In this document: piece by piece, positions 55,914-64,000 of the stretch
How positions within the stretch are numbered: position 1 is the first letter of the stretch
Layout: every line of letters begins with the position of its first letter
Virus record (IMG/VR): IMGVR_UViG_3300042458_002038
Location: 9,721-73,720 of that record
Source: a virus
Length of the DNA stretch: 64,000 bases
Strand: one strand, 5' to 3'
Notes under the pieces: generated by a model
Database searches by the model: none
What the model was told of the DNA's origin: nothing
Seen by the model: only the letters and a program-made list of their open reading frames with translations
Position numbers and translations under genes: made by a program

Positions 55914-58277
55914 TTAGGCAATAATTCCTGCAAACTTGTTGAGGAATACCCGTGAAAGCTTCTTTTCGCTGGTGAACTTAGTGAATTGCTTGGCAAGGCG
56001 GTTCTGGGAAGAAGTATCAGAGAAGGTTTCATCCTCGCAGTTGCTAACAAATTCATCGCCGTCGTCATTGATATCCAATCCGCTTTTGCTATCAAAAACA
56101 AAGTAGGCATCGTAATTGTATCCGCCTAGAATCATCATGCACTTTTCTTTGCGTGCTTCACGACTTTTCTTTTGGAACAATTCATTAGCACTGTGCCATG
56201 GCAAGATTTCGCCATCTTTCTTTGCGGTATAGCGCAATGCAGTGATTGCAGTGCTTTTGTAGTCGCTGCGGTAATTGGCAACAAAAAATCCAATCACGGT
56301 GGTTCCACAAGTTATTCTGAGATTTTCAATCAGCGCGGCATACAATCCTTTATCATGGCTGCGGAACATAATGTTGCGACCGTTCACTGGAATCATATGA
56401 CCGCATTTCCATTCTGGAGTAGCCGTTGCTTTGCGGTATGCTTCATCATCTCGGTTGTAAGTAAAGTGGCTTTGACCAGCATCGCCGTCAGTGAGAAAAA
56501 TGGTATTCATCTTTTGCACATGATGGTGGGCCTTGAAGCGTTTCACAATTTCATGAGCAATCACGATGGTCTCATTTAGCGGAGTACCATTCATAACCTC
56601 ATAGCGGTTGGAAGCACCAAATCCAAGGCCATAAACCGTACCGCTATCTTTCAAGTAAGCTTGTGCTTTAAGCTCGCGGCAGGCCAACTCAAACTTATCG
56701 CGTTTCAGGTCGCTGTTGAGCAATTCAAAAACGTGAGTGTGTTGAAAGGAAAGGTTGCTGCCCATCATTACATCAGTTGCATTGTTCACATAACTCGCTG
56801 GACTGGTGAATCCATAAACCTCAAATGGGATACCCACTGCTTTGCAGAAGTAAACGAGTTGCAAGGTCTGCGCAATCACGCGGCCAATTGTGTTGTTCAT
56901 GCTTCCAGAATAGTCAATGAAAAACACCATGCCGTGATTCTTAGCATCGGCGAGCTTGCTGATGCTCTTGAAGATTTGATCCTCAAACTTGTAGCTGTGC
57001 AGTCGATTCACGTCAATGGTGCCGGTGGTACTTTGTTGGGCTCGGCTATATTGAAAAGCAGCTTTGCGGCGCTCAAACTCCTTTACCAAAACACTGATGT
57101 GTTTTTTGGTAGCTTGCTTGAAGCTCAGCCAATCTTCTTTTACGGCAGGGATACTCATCAGATAATCATATTCTGCACAGCGAGCACGTTCAGCCATAAT
57201 CTCCTTGATTGGAATCACGTGGCTCATCATTTCATTTGCATTCGGTGCATTGCCGACAAAATAGTCGGTCACCACTTCCTGCATAGAATCAAGTTGCTCG
57301 CCCAATGACTGCTGCGTTTTGCTGCGCAGCTCATCATTCACTGGACCGTAATCGGGCATTTGGTTTGGAGCGGTTTCAGCAGCTGCAGGTTCTTCACTAG
57401 CTTTTTCATCAGCCGCTTTATTCTCAGCTTGAGCTGAAGATTTGGACTTGCTCTTGGATGGCTTGGCATCACTAGAATCGGAAGGTTTGTCAGACTCACT
57501 GTTGGAGTCATCTTGAGTACTGTCACGATATGTTTCATCGTCTTGGTCAGCCGCAGAGTCATTGCTGTCTCCAGAGCCATCAGAATCACTGTCGCCTTGT
57601 TTAGAGTCGCCGTCGCCGTCGCTGCTTTCTCCGTTGGATGCTGTAGGATCAACTGGTGGGTTTTTGTCGGCAGCGGCTGGTTCTTCTTCAGCTGAAGGTT
57701 TTTCGCGCTTTTCACCTTTGACCATTTCGTACACAACTTTGCAGATATCAAGTACGTCTTCATAAGTTTCAGCAGCAACACAGCGTGCATAAACTGCTTC
57801 CTCAACATCGGTCATTGGCACATCAGCCGCAGCACCAAGCTTGGCACGAAGGTTTAAGCGGTCCGCAAAACCCATCTTGCTCAGGTCAGCTCCGTTGATT
57901 TTGAAAAAGTCATTTTCAATAAAGTGGCGATAGCCTTCTTTAAAACTGTACACAAGGCCTGGGTAATTGGCTTGAATAAGACGCTCAATGCGAACATCTT
58001 CAACAATGTTGCCAATATCAAACGGAACTCCAGGGAGCTCGTCATGAAAGCGGGAGATTGCATCAACTGGAGTATACAGCGCATGGCCAACTTCATGTCC
58101 GACCAGCAGGTCACTGACATTCTTGTTGGCGGCATTCCATGTGGGCAATCCTAAAACCCGATTTTTTACATCAAAAAACGCGGTGCTGTAATTGCCGATG
58201 CGAACATTGATGTTTTCCTTTGCCAGCAGTTTGGCTAGCATTTTCTGAGATTCTCGATTTACCGTGGCGGCTTGCAT
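55914..58277 (-). CDS. CobT-like metallopeptidase-vWA protein
   Basis: HEVGHALYT, NIVEDVRIE, acidic linker, DYSGSM, GTPL, LTDG. Confidence 0.85.
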   Translation of the reverse strand: MQAATVNRESQKMLAKLLAKENINVRIGNYSTAFFDVKNRVLGLPTWNAANKNVSDLLVGHEVGHALYTPVDAISRFHDELPGVPFDIGNIVEDVRIERLIQANYPGLVYSFKEGYRHFIENDFFKINGADLSKMGFADRLNLRAKLGAAADVPMTDVEEAVYARCVAAETYEDVLDICKVVYEMVKGEKREKPSAEEEPAAADKNPPVDPTASNGESSDGDGDSKQGDSDSDGSGDSNDSAADQDDETYRDSTQDDSNSESDKPSDSSDAKPSKSKSKSSAQAENKAADEKASEEPAAAETAPNQMPDYGPVNDELRSKTQQSLGEQLDSMQEVVTDYFVGNAPNANEMMSHVIPIKEIMAERARCAEYDYLMSIPAVKEDWLSFKQATKKHISVLVKEFERRKAAFQYSRAQQSTTGTIDVNRLHSYKFEDQIFKSISKLADAKNHGMVFFIDYSGSMNNTIGRVIAQTLQLVYFCKAVGIPFEVYGFTSPASYVNNATDVMMGSNLSFQHTHVFELLNSDLKRDKFELACRELKAQAYLKDSGTVYGLGFGASNRYEVMNGTPLNETIVIAHEIVKRFKAHHHVQKMNTIFLTDGDAGQSHFTYNRDDEAYRKATATPEWKCGHMIPVNGRNIMFRSHDKGLYAALIENLRITCGTTVIGFFVANYRSDYKSTAITALRYTAKKDGEILPWHSANELFQKKSREARKEKCMMILGGYNYDAYFVFDSKSGLDINDDGDEFVSNCEDETFSDTSSQNRLAKQFTKFTSEKKLSRVFLNKFAGIIA

Positions 58278-58283
58278 ACGGTT

Positions 58284-58381
58284 ATTCTAACAGGTTTTTT
58301 CCGATCTGTAAATAGAAAAATGCTGATTTTGTGAAAAAAGTTTCATAGCGGAGAAAAACCCATTGATTTTCAACGGTTTAC
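58284..58381 (-). promoter_or_regulatory. early promoter cassette copy 5
   Basis: box 58363-58381 (second copy 58492-58510), TTTACA-N17-TAGAAT 6 nt before the ATG. Confidence 0.7.
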
Positions 58382-58448
58382 GGCAAACCATGCTTTTTGG
58401 GCATTTTAATGATATCAGACGGGTATTCTACCGTAAAAATGAAAAAAA

Positions 58449-58480
58449 GCCTATTTTGCACTAAAACTGGCAAAATAGGC
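58449..58480 (-). terminator. terminator after gp46
   Basis: GCCTATTTTGC / GCAAAATAGGC plus T7 on the minus strand. Confidence 0.75.
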
Positions 58481-58506
58481 ACGGCAACCCTTTGATTTTC
58501 AACGAG

Positions 58507-60228
58507 TTACGAGATGCTTTTTATGCGAGTAAAGTTTTTATGCTTTTCAAACTCGATCTTCTGCGCAAATTTTCCTTCCAGCAAATCCTGCTTGTGGCTA
58601 ATCACAAATACGCTTGTGTCAGCATCCAGCGTATTCATGATCTTAAGCATGTTGTCAATACCGTCTGGATCCAAGCTGCTGTCAAAAATCTCATCAAGAA
58701 TAAGAAGATTGGTATTGCTGCTATTTTGCATCTTTGCAATTTGTCTCCATGCAAACAGCAAACTCAAGTCGACCCGCATTTTTTCACCTTCACTAAAACT
58801 GGCATAACTAAAATCGTCACGATGGCGACTACGAATTGTTTCAGTAAAGCTTTCATCCAGATTGAAACTAACAAAGAAGTCGAGTACTTGCAGGTACTGA
58901 TTGATCAGCTTATTCATTACTGGTAGGTATTGACGTATCACTTTAGTCTTGATACCGGTATCCTTTAGCAGTTCACCAATCACTTCATTGTAAGTACGCT
59001 CTTCAAGTTGTGTGCTTTTAAGATCGCTAAGAATGTCTCGGTTATCTTTTAGAGCATCAAGTTCAGCAGCTGCACCGTCAATGTCAATATCACTATGCTG
59101 TTCGTTTTTAACATTTAAGAGCGAAGAGATACGTTTCTCAAAGTTACCGATCAATTTAAGATTGCTATGGATTGTACTGTTGAGTCCATTTAGGTGTTGC
59201 AGAGTCTTTTCTGTAGCTGCAAGATCGGTCACGGTTTGAGCTAAAGTGGTTTTGAGCCGTTCATATCCTTCATTCAAATCATGTGCTTTATTTTTACATT
59301 GACCAATCTTTTCATCGCGCATGCTTTTATCAATTGCTTGACTGCAAGTAGGGCAATCAGCATTGGTCTCATAAAACTTTGATTCAGTTACAATCTTTTT
59401 GATGTTGTCTTTGATTTGTCTTTCATATGATAACAGACTAGTCTTGGTTTTCTGATCACGCTCATTTTTAATTTTTGATTTGCCATACTCGGCGCCATAC
59501 TCATCAGCTAGCTTGCTGTTAGCTTCAACCAGATTGTCAATATGCGCTTGTAACTCTGAGATCTCTTCATCATATTTCGCAGCATTGCTATCATTGATAC
59601 TTTTAAGATTGCCAATATGTTTGCTTTGCAGCACAATCTTTTCTTTTACCAAGTTGAGTTGATATTCAGTATCTTTGATGGTATCCTTCAGCTTAGCTTG
59701 ATTTTCTTTTAGAACAACATTCATTTTGCTAAAGATACCAATATCTAGCAGGTCTTCAATCACTTCACGACGTGCATAAGTACTCAGCTGCATAAACGGC
59801 GTAAAGTTGCTACTGCCCAATACCACAACCTGATGAAAGCTTTTGTGGTTTAGTTTGAGAATGTTTGTCTCAAGTAGCTTTTGATAATCGCGGCTATGGC
59901 TTTCTTGATTGACCAAGTTACCGTTCAACCAAATTTCAAAGATGTTGGGCTTGAGACCGCGCACAATGCGGTATTCACTTGGGCCGATGTGAAATTCAAC
60001 TTCAACCTTACAGCCTTTGCCGTTGATACTGTTGACCAGTTGTGGTTTGTTGATACTGCGATGCGGCTTACCAAACAGGACAAAGCTGAGTGCATCCAAC
60101 ATAAGACTCTTACCGCTTCCATTGTGTCCTACAATAAGTGTAGAGCGAATGCTGTCAAGATCAATTTCAATTTCATTTGCGCCAACACTCAAAAAGTTGA
60201 CATAGCGTAATTTCTTAAAGATTATCAT
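58507..60228 (-). CDS. 46: recombination ATPase gp46 (Rad50/SbcC-like)
   Basis: GHNGSGKS, CPTC hook, FSEGEK, LDEIFD. Confidence 0.95.
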   Translation of the reverse strand: MIIFKKLRYVNFLSVGANEIEIDLDSIRSTLIVGHNGSGKSLMLDALSFVLFGKPHRSINKPQLVNSINGKGCKVEVEFHIGPSEYRIVRGLKPNIFEIWLNGNLVNQESHSRDYQKLLETNILKLNHKSFHQVVVLGSSNFTPFMQLSTYARREVIEDLLDIGIFSKMNVVLKENQAKLKDTIKDTEYQLNLVKEKIVLQSKHIGNLKSINDSNAAKYDEEISELQAHIDNLVEANSKLADEYGAEYGKSKIKNERDQKTKTSLLSYERQIKDNIKKIVTESKFYETNADCPTCSQAIDKSMRDEKIGQCKNKAHDLNEGYERLKTTLAQTVTDLAATEKTLQHLNGLNSTIHSNLKLIGNFEKRISSLLNVKNEQHSDIDIDGAAAELDALKDNRDILSDLKSTQLEERTYNEVIGELLKDTGIKTKVIRQYLPVMNKLINQYLQVLDFFVSFNLDESFTETIRSRHRDDFSYASFSEGEKMRVDLSLLFAWRQIAKMQNSSNTNLLILDEIFDSSLDPDGIDNMLKIMNTLDADTSVFVISHKQDLLEGKFAQKIEFEKHKNFTRIKSIS

Positions 60229-61304
60229 AATGCGTCTGCGTTTTGTGCTTCAATGTAAAGTTCTTGTAGTTTGGTTTTGATACGGTCTTTGTCCAATTCT
60301 GTTTCAACAGCATCAACATAGGTATTTAATAGTGTGCCGGTATCACTAACGTTGATTTCTTCATCAAGAACGTTTTCACTATTATACTCTGCGAAATTTT
60401 CAACAATCTTAAGTTCAAAAGGATCTTGAGCACTGATGCGATCAATGTACTTGTCAAAAGCAAACGGATCTTTCTTGGCTGCTACAATTACTTTAACAAA
60501 AGATCCTGTCACGGAAGTAAAATCCATTCGGTTGATTGCATCAACCGGCGCATCATATGGTGTATCATCATACACCAGTTTCTTAAAGATACACAAGTCA
60601 TTGCGTATTGGTTGCAACTCACGAGTTTCGGTATCAATCACATGCCAATACTTAGGGTCATTGCAATCTGCCCAGGTGTGTTCAAAAGCAACACCAAGAT
60701 AGTGAATATTATCACGCTGACTTTTTGTATGATAGTGTCCGCTCATTACTGTCTCATAGCGGCCAAACAATGATGCATCCATTCCATGACTGGTAGCCGG
60801 TGCGCCTTTCATCATTTCAAATCCACTCAGCTCAAGGTGACTGCCAAGCCATGCTGCTGGCGCACTTTCAATAAAGCGAATGCTAGCTGCATAATTTTCT
60901 GCATTAATCCAAGGCAACAGCGCAATGTCTAATGAGCCATACGAAACAACCGTAGGCTCCATATGAACAGTAACTACTTCTGAATACTTGCCTAATACTT
61001 CATTGAGGCTGCACAGATTGTTGGTATTTTTAAAAAACACATCATGATTGCCTGGGATAATATCCATATGCATATCATATTCATATAGCTTATCAATAAA
61101 CATAGCACGATTGCGATTCAACACTTTATAGTTGATATAGCGTCGATGATCAAAATAGTCTCCAAGGTGAAGTATCTTTTTGATGTTGTGCTTTAGGCAA
61201 TAGGGGAAAAATACTTCGCTATAGAATCGCTCAGCATAGTCAAGAAATATATCACTGCCGGTTTTTATGCCAGCGTGGGTATCGGTGAGAACTGCAATTT
61301 TCAT
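60225..61304 (-). CDS. 47: recombination nuclease gp47 (Mre11/SbcD-like)
   Basis: DTH, GDYFD, GNHD, HLEL, SGHYH. Confidence 0.95.
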   Translation of the reverse strand: MKIAVLTDTHAGIKTGSDIFLDYAERFYSEVFFPYCLKHNIKKILHLGDYFDHRRYINYKVLNRNRAMFIDKLYEYDMHMDIIPGNHDVFFKNTNNLCSLNEVLGKYSEVVTVHMEPTVVSYGSLDIALLPWINAENYAASIRFIESAPAAWLGSHLELSGFEMMKGAPATSHGMDASLFGRYETVMSGHYHTKSQRDNIHYLGVAFEHTWADCNDPKYWHVIDTETRELQPIRNDLCIFKKLVYDDTPYDAPVDAINRMDFTSVTGSFVKVIVAAKKDPFAFDKYIDRISAQDPFELKIVENFAEYNSENVLDEEINVSDTGTLLNTYVDAVETELDKDRIKTKLQELYIEAQNADAL

Positions 61305-61305
61305 A

Positions 61306-61923
61306 TTAGGAATTTAAAAAATCGGTGAGAGGGCCTGCACTCTTCTTAACACTTGCAACTCTTTTGGGAGCAGTTTTCTTTTTGGGCAATGCTTCGCCAT
61401 TTGAAGTACAGCGCTCAACATTGTAAAAAGCATCATTCTTTTGACGAATCTTTTCTACCATTGTTTCACCACCATTCAATGCGTCTCCATCAAATTCAGC
61501 AAACATACCAATGCCACCCTTTTCAATAAGAAGTTGTTTGATTGTGGTTTGCTTCTTTTCTTTTGCAATACGGCGTAGGAAAGCAAAGTATGCAATTTGT
61601 GTAAAGTAACTAAAGCCATTGGGCGAACCAGTGCGAGTAGTTTTGGTAACGTCATAATTCATTATTGCTCTCAAGCAATTTTCAACGGCGTCCATAACCA
61701 TATCTTCGCGATAACTATAATTCATGAAACTAGGGCTACGCGCTAGTCCGTTACAAATTTTCATAAAACATTCACCTATATGTTCAGGAACGGTTGGAAT
61801 TTCCTGTTCAGCCTCTTTAGCAGCGTTTGCAATATTTACATATTCCATAACATGATTGCTAAAATCGGCATTGTTTACATAGTCGGTGCCTCTACCTTTT
61901 CTTTTTGGTTTTTCGATCTGCAT
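61306..61923 (-). CDS. 55: late-transcription sigma factor gp55
   Basis: YVNNADF, F.NYSYREDM, FSYFTQIAYFAFLRRIAKEKKQ. Confidence 0.93.
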   Translation of the reverse strand: MQIEKPKRKGRGTDYVNNADFSNHVMEYVNIANAAKEAEQEIPTVPEHIGECFMKICNGLARSPSFMNYSYREDMVMDAVENCLRAIMNYDVTKTTRTGSPNGFSYFTQIAYFAFLRRIAKEKKQTTIKQLLIEKGGIGMFAEFDGDALNGGETMVEKIRQKNDAFYNVERCTSNGEALPKKKTAPKRVASVKKSAGPLTDFLNS

Positions 61924-61929
61924 AAGTAT

Positions 61930-62017
61930 ATTATAACAAATTTTACAGCAATGTAAACAACTTTTTTCTATGCAAATGCATTTTGTTATTTACAAGACGA
62001 TTCACTCTTGTTATAAT
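61930..62017. promoter_or_regulatory. back-to-back sigma70 promoters (minus drives gp55; plus is antisense)
   Basis: TTTACA-N17-TATAAT on both strands. Confidence 0.65.
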
Positions 62018-62041
62018 ACAAATAGAACAACCGCTAAACAA

Positions 62042-62470
62042 TCAATTCTTCCATCGGTCTGCTGATCCATTCCAATCATGCTTAAATGAATCTGGAGGAT
62101 CAAGGTCAGTTAAGGTTTGCTCATCGCCTTTGATTCCATTCTCATACGATTCTGTAAATAACGACGAGATTCGATCAATTACCAGTTGTTTATAGTATGA
62201 TTGCTTAAGAGTGTCGCTAGCAAAGGATTCACTCTCTACTGCATGCAGGTAAAGGCTCATTGGCTCACCTTCGTTTTGTGGCACTACATTCACCATACGA
62301 ACAGCAATACCTTGCTGCACTTGTACCCGTACCATTTCAAGCGGGCTGTTGAGTACAATCGTATCATCATACAGCTCCTGAAATTCACCAATCAGTTGTC
62401 GACCGCTAACTGTGTTGTATACACGAATGTCGAGATGCTCGAGACTGTCTTGGTCGACGGTATTATTCAT
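62042..62470 (-). CDS. conserved hypothetical protein between uvsW and gp55
   Basis: synteny; SG..LIG beta-barrel-like pattern. Confidence 0.55.
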   Translation of the reverse strand: MNNTVDQDSLEHLDIRVYNTVSGRQLIGEFQELYDDTIVLNSPLEMVRVQVQQGIAVRMVNVVPQNEGEPMSLYLHAVESESFASDTLKQSYYKQLVIDRISSLFTESYENGIKGDEQTLTDLDPPDSFKHDWNGSADRWKN

Positions 62471-63966
62471 GGCAGTTCAATTTCATAAATCTTGTATTCA
62501 AAACCTTCTTTATTATATATCTTGACACGATCAATAGCATGATTCATAGTGTAGTTCTTTTTCTTTTTCCAACTGAAGTTGTCTGATATGTCATATACGG
62601 TGCATCCACGGCCATCATCGCTTTTTCGTAGTCCGCGACCAATGCTTTGCAATACGCGTATCTGACTCTTTGTTGGTGCAGCAAAAACAATCTGGTGGAG
62701 ATTGCGAATATTTATTCCTGTGCTGAACGTTCCCGTGCTGGCCACAATAATTGCATCGGTTTGCTGTTCAGTAATTTCTCGAATGGTTTCACGATCAGTT
62801 GCATTTACTTCTCCACTTACATAAAATACTTTACGGCCTTCGGCTGCTCCAGCTCGGATGGACTCATACAATGGTTTACCATGTTTACTCACGAGATTAA
62901 AAAGTACTAGTGTATTGCCTTTTTGAGATAGAGCTAACTTTGTAATAAAAGCATTGCGACCAGCATGACTTACAATAGCAGAGATTTCAGCTTGATAGTC
63001 CAACTTGCTAACAATCTTTTTCAACTCTTCATTATGATTCAATACAATACATTTGATTTTGAGAGCTGCAAGCGTATTGCTGTCAATCAATTCTTTTGTT
63101 GTAATAACACGATGCACCGGTCCAAAGTTGCCAACCAGTACCAATTCATTGCATTGGCTGTTGTCGATTGTTCCAGTTGTACCAATGCGATAGCTTGCAT
63201 TCACTAGCGCACTCATGATAGCATTAAGACTCTTTGCTTTGAATAGATGCGCTTCATCGCCTACAACCATTCCATACTTTGCAAACCAACTCTTAGGCAA
63301 TGTGATGGCGCTTTGCCATGTGGTAACTACTACGCGCGATTCAAAATTATTTTTTTCCTTGCCACTGTAAATTTTATGAACATCCGTGTCAGCATCAAAG
63401 CCACCATCAGCACTGCTATAATCTGCAAAGTCTTTTGTCAACTGCTCAACCAAACTTGTTGTAGGAACCACAATCAATATGCTATCATCATGATTGTCGA
63501 GATACCAACGTATCATCATGTAGATAATCAGACTCTTTCCGCTACCGGTTGGACTAATAACCAAACTGCGCCCTTCGCATAATGCATGCGCGTAAGCATC
63601 CAATTGATAGTCACGCGCTTCAATAGCATTTGTGCCGCCCATTAGTGTTAGACTTTTTGCATAGTCTACCAATACAGCTTTATCTTGAGGAGTGCGATCA
63701 CGTATATCACGATCAAGCTCTACGGAGTATTTGCGAGCATCCGCAAACTTAAGCAATTCCAACAAGAGTCCGTATGGTAATGTAGAAGTCTTACTATTAT
63801 ATAATCTACATTTACCATCCCACATGCGATTTTTGAAGAGAGGCATATATTTGTAGCCTTCAACAAAGAAAGTAAAATATTCATTTACTTCCATTAAAAT
63901 GCCGTGATCGTCAGACAATAATCTTAATGTAGTTTCATCAACTTTATGTACACGTATATCAGACAT
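62467..63966 (-). CDS. uvsW: SF2 DNA helicase UvsW
   Basis: WDGK.RL, SPTGSGKS, DEAH, GTTGT, QSIGRGLR. Confidence 0.95.
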   Translation of the reverse strand: MSDIRVHKVDETTLRLLSDDHGILMEVNEYFTFFVEGYKYMPLFKNRMWDGKCRLYNSKTSTLPYGLLLELLKFADARKYSVELDRDIRDRTPQDKAVLVDYAKSLTLMGGTNAIEARDYQLDAYAHALCEGRSLVISPTGSGKSLIIYMMIRWYLDNHDDSILIVVPTTSLVEQLTKDFADYSSADGGFDADTDVHKIYSGKEKNNFESRVVVTTWQSAITLPKSWFAKYGMVVGDEAHLFKAKSLNAIMSALVNASYRIGTTGTIDNSQCNELVLVGNFGPVHRVITTKELIDSNTLAALKIKCIVLNHNEELKKIVSKLDYQAEISAIVSHAGRNAFITKLALSQKGNTLVLFNLVSKHGKPLYESIRAGAAEGRKVFYVSGEVNATDRETIREITEQQTDAIIVASTGTFSTGINIRNLHQIVFAAPTKSQIRVLQSIGRGLRKSDDGRGCTVYDISDNFSWKKKKNYTMNHAIDRVKIYNKEGFEYKIYEIELP

Positions 63967-64000
63967 TATTTTTATATTTACAATTTTCAAAATGCCATCT

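Noticed and set aside
33435-58510. Repeated approximately 100-bp sequences as a CRISPR array or IS ends
   Set aside because: They are dispersed, degenerate and each contains a promoter. There is no repeat-spacer periodicity and no transposase.
1-64000. Plus-strand ORFs in the track (e.g. 41419-42018, 45506-46189, 54430-55158, 56661-57308)
   Set aside because: They are antisense shadows of well-supported minus-strand genes, with no recognisable motifs.
1-64000. Stop-codon reassignment as an explanation for the split genes
   Set aside because: Core genes are full length in the standard code, TAA/TGA/TAG all end genes, and the splits contain whole inserted ORFs.
1-64000. tRNA or rRNA genes
   Set aside because: No cloverleaf with a T-loop was seen in the few intergenic gaps. 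A tRNA scan would confirm.

Overview
This 64-kb window is part of a large T4-like (myovirus-type) bacteriophage genome, with essentially all real genes on the minus strand and standard genetic code. It holds the replication/recombination core (uvsW, gp55, gp47/46, gp45/44/62, regA, gp43, uvsX, gp41, nrdA/B, rnh), a late block of probable head-packaged proteins (about 5.4-19.7 kb), a cytosine hypermodification cluster (23.8-30.3 kb) and an early accessory region (30-43.5 kb) with RtcB and Pth2. Main points of interest: (1) uvsX is fractured by a split intein around a free-standing GIY-YIG endonuclease. (2) The DNA polymerase is split without an intein around a Vsr/DUF559-type endonuclease. (3) All three intact homing-endonuclease genes have a start-codon-occluding hairpin containing a late promoter. 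(4) The hmC cluster encodes kinase/phosphatase, cytidylyltransferase, epimerase, BGT-like glycosyltransferase and a C5-MTase-like protein, the last two with sliding-clamp-like motifs. (5) A set of enzymes (ligase-like DUF6267, HxGH nucleotidyltransferase, paired PD-(D/E)XK-like nucleases, AAA ATPase) mostly carries T4 internal-protein-like capsid-targeting leaders. (6) Repeated early promoter cassettes with an IHF-like box, near-leaderless mRNAs, two orphan antisense promoters and a ROSE-like thermometer on hsp20. All protein assignments come from motif recognition by eye, with no database searches. Some start codons were adjusted relative to the supplied ORF track.
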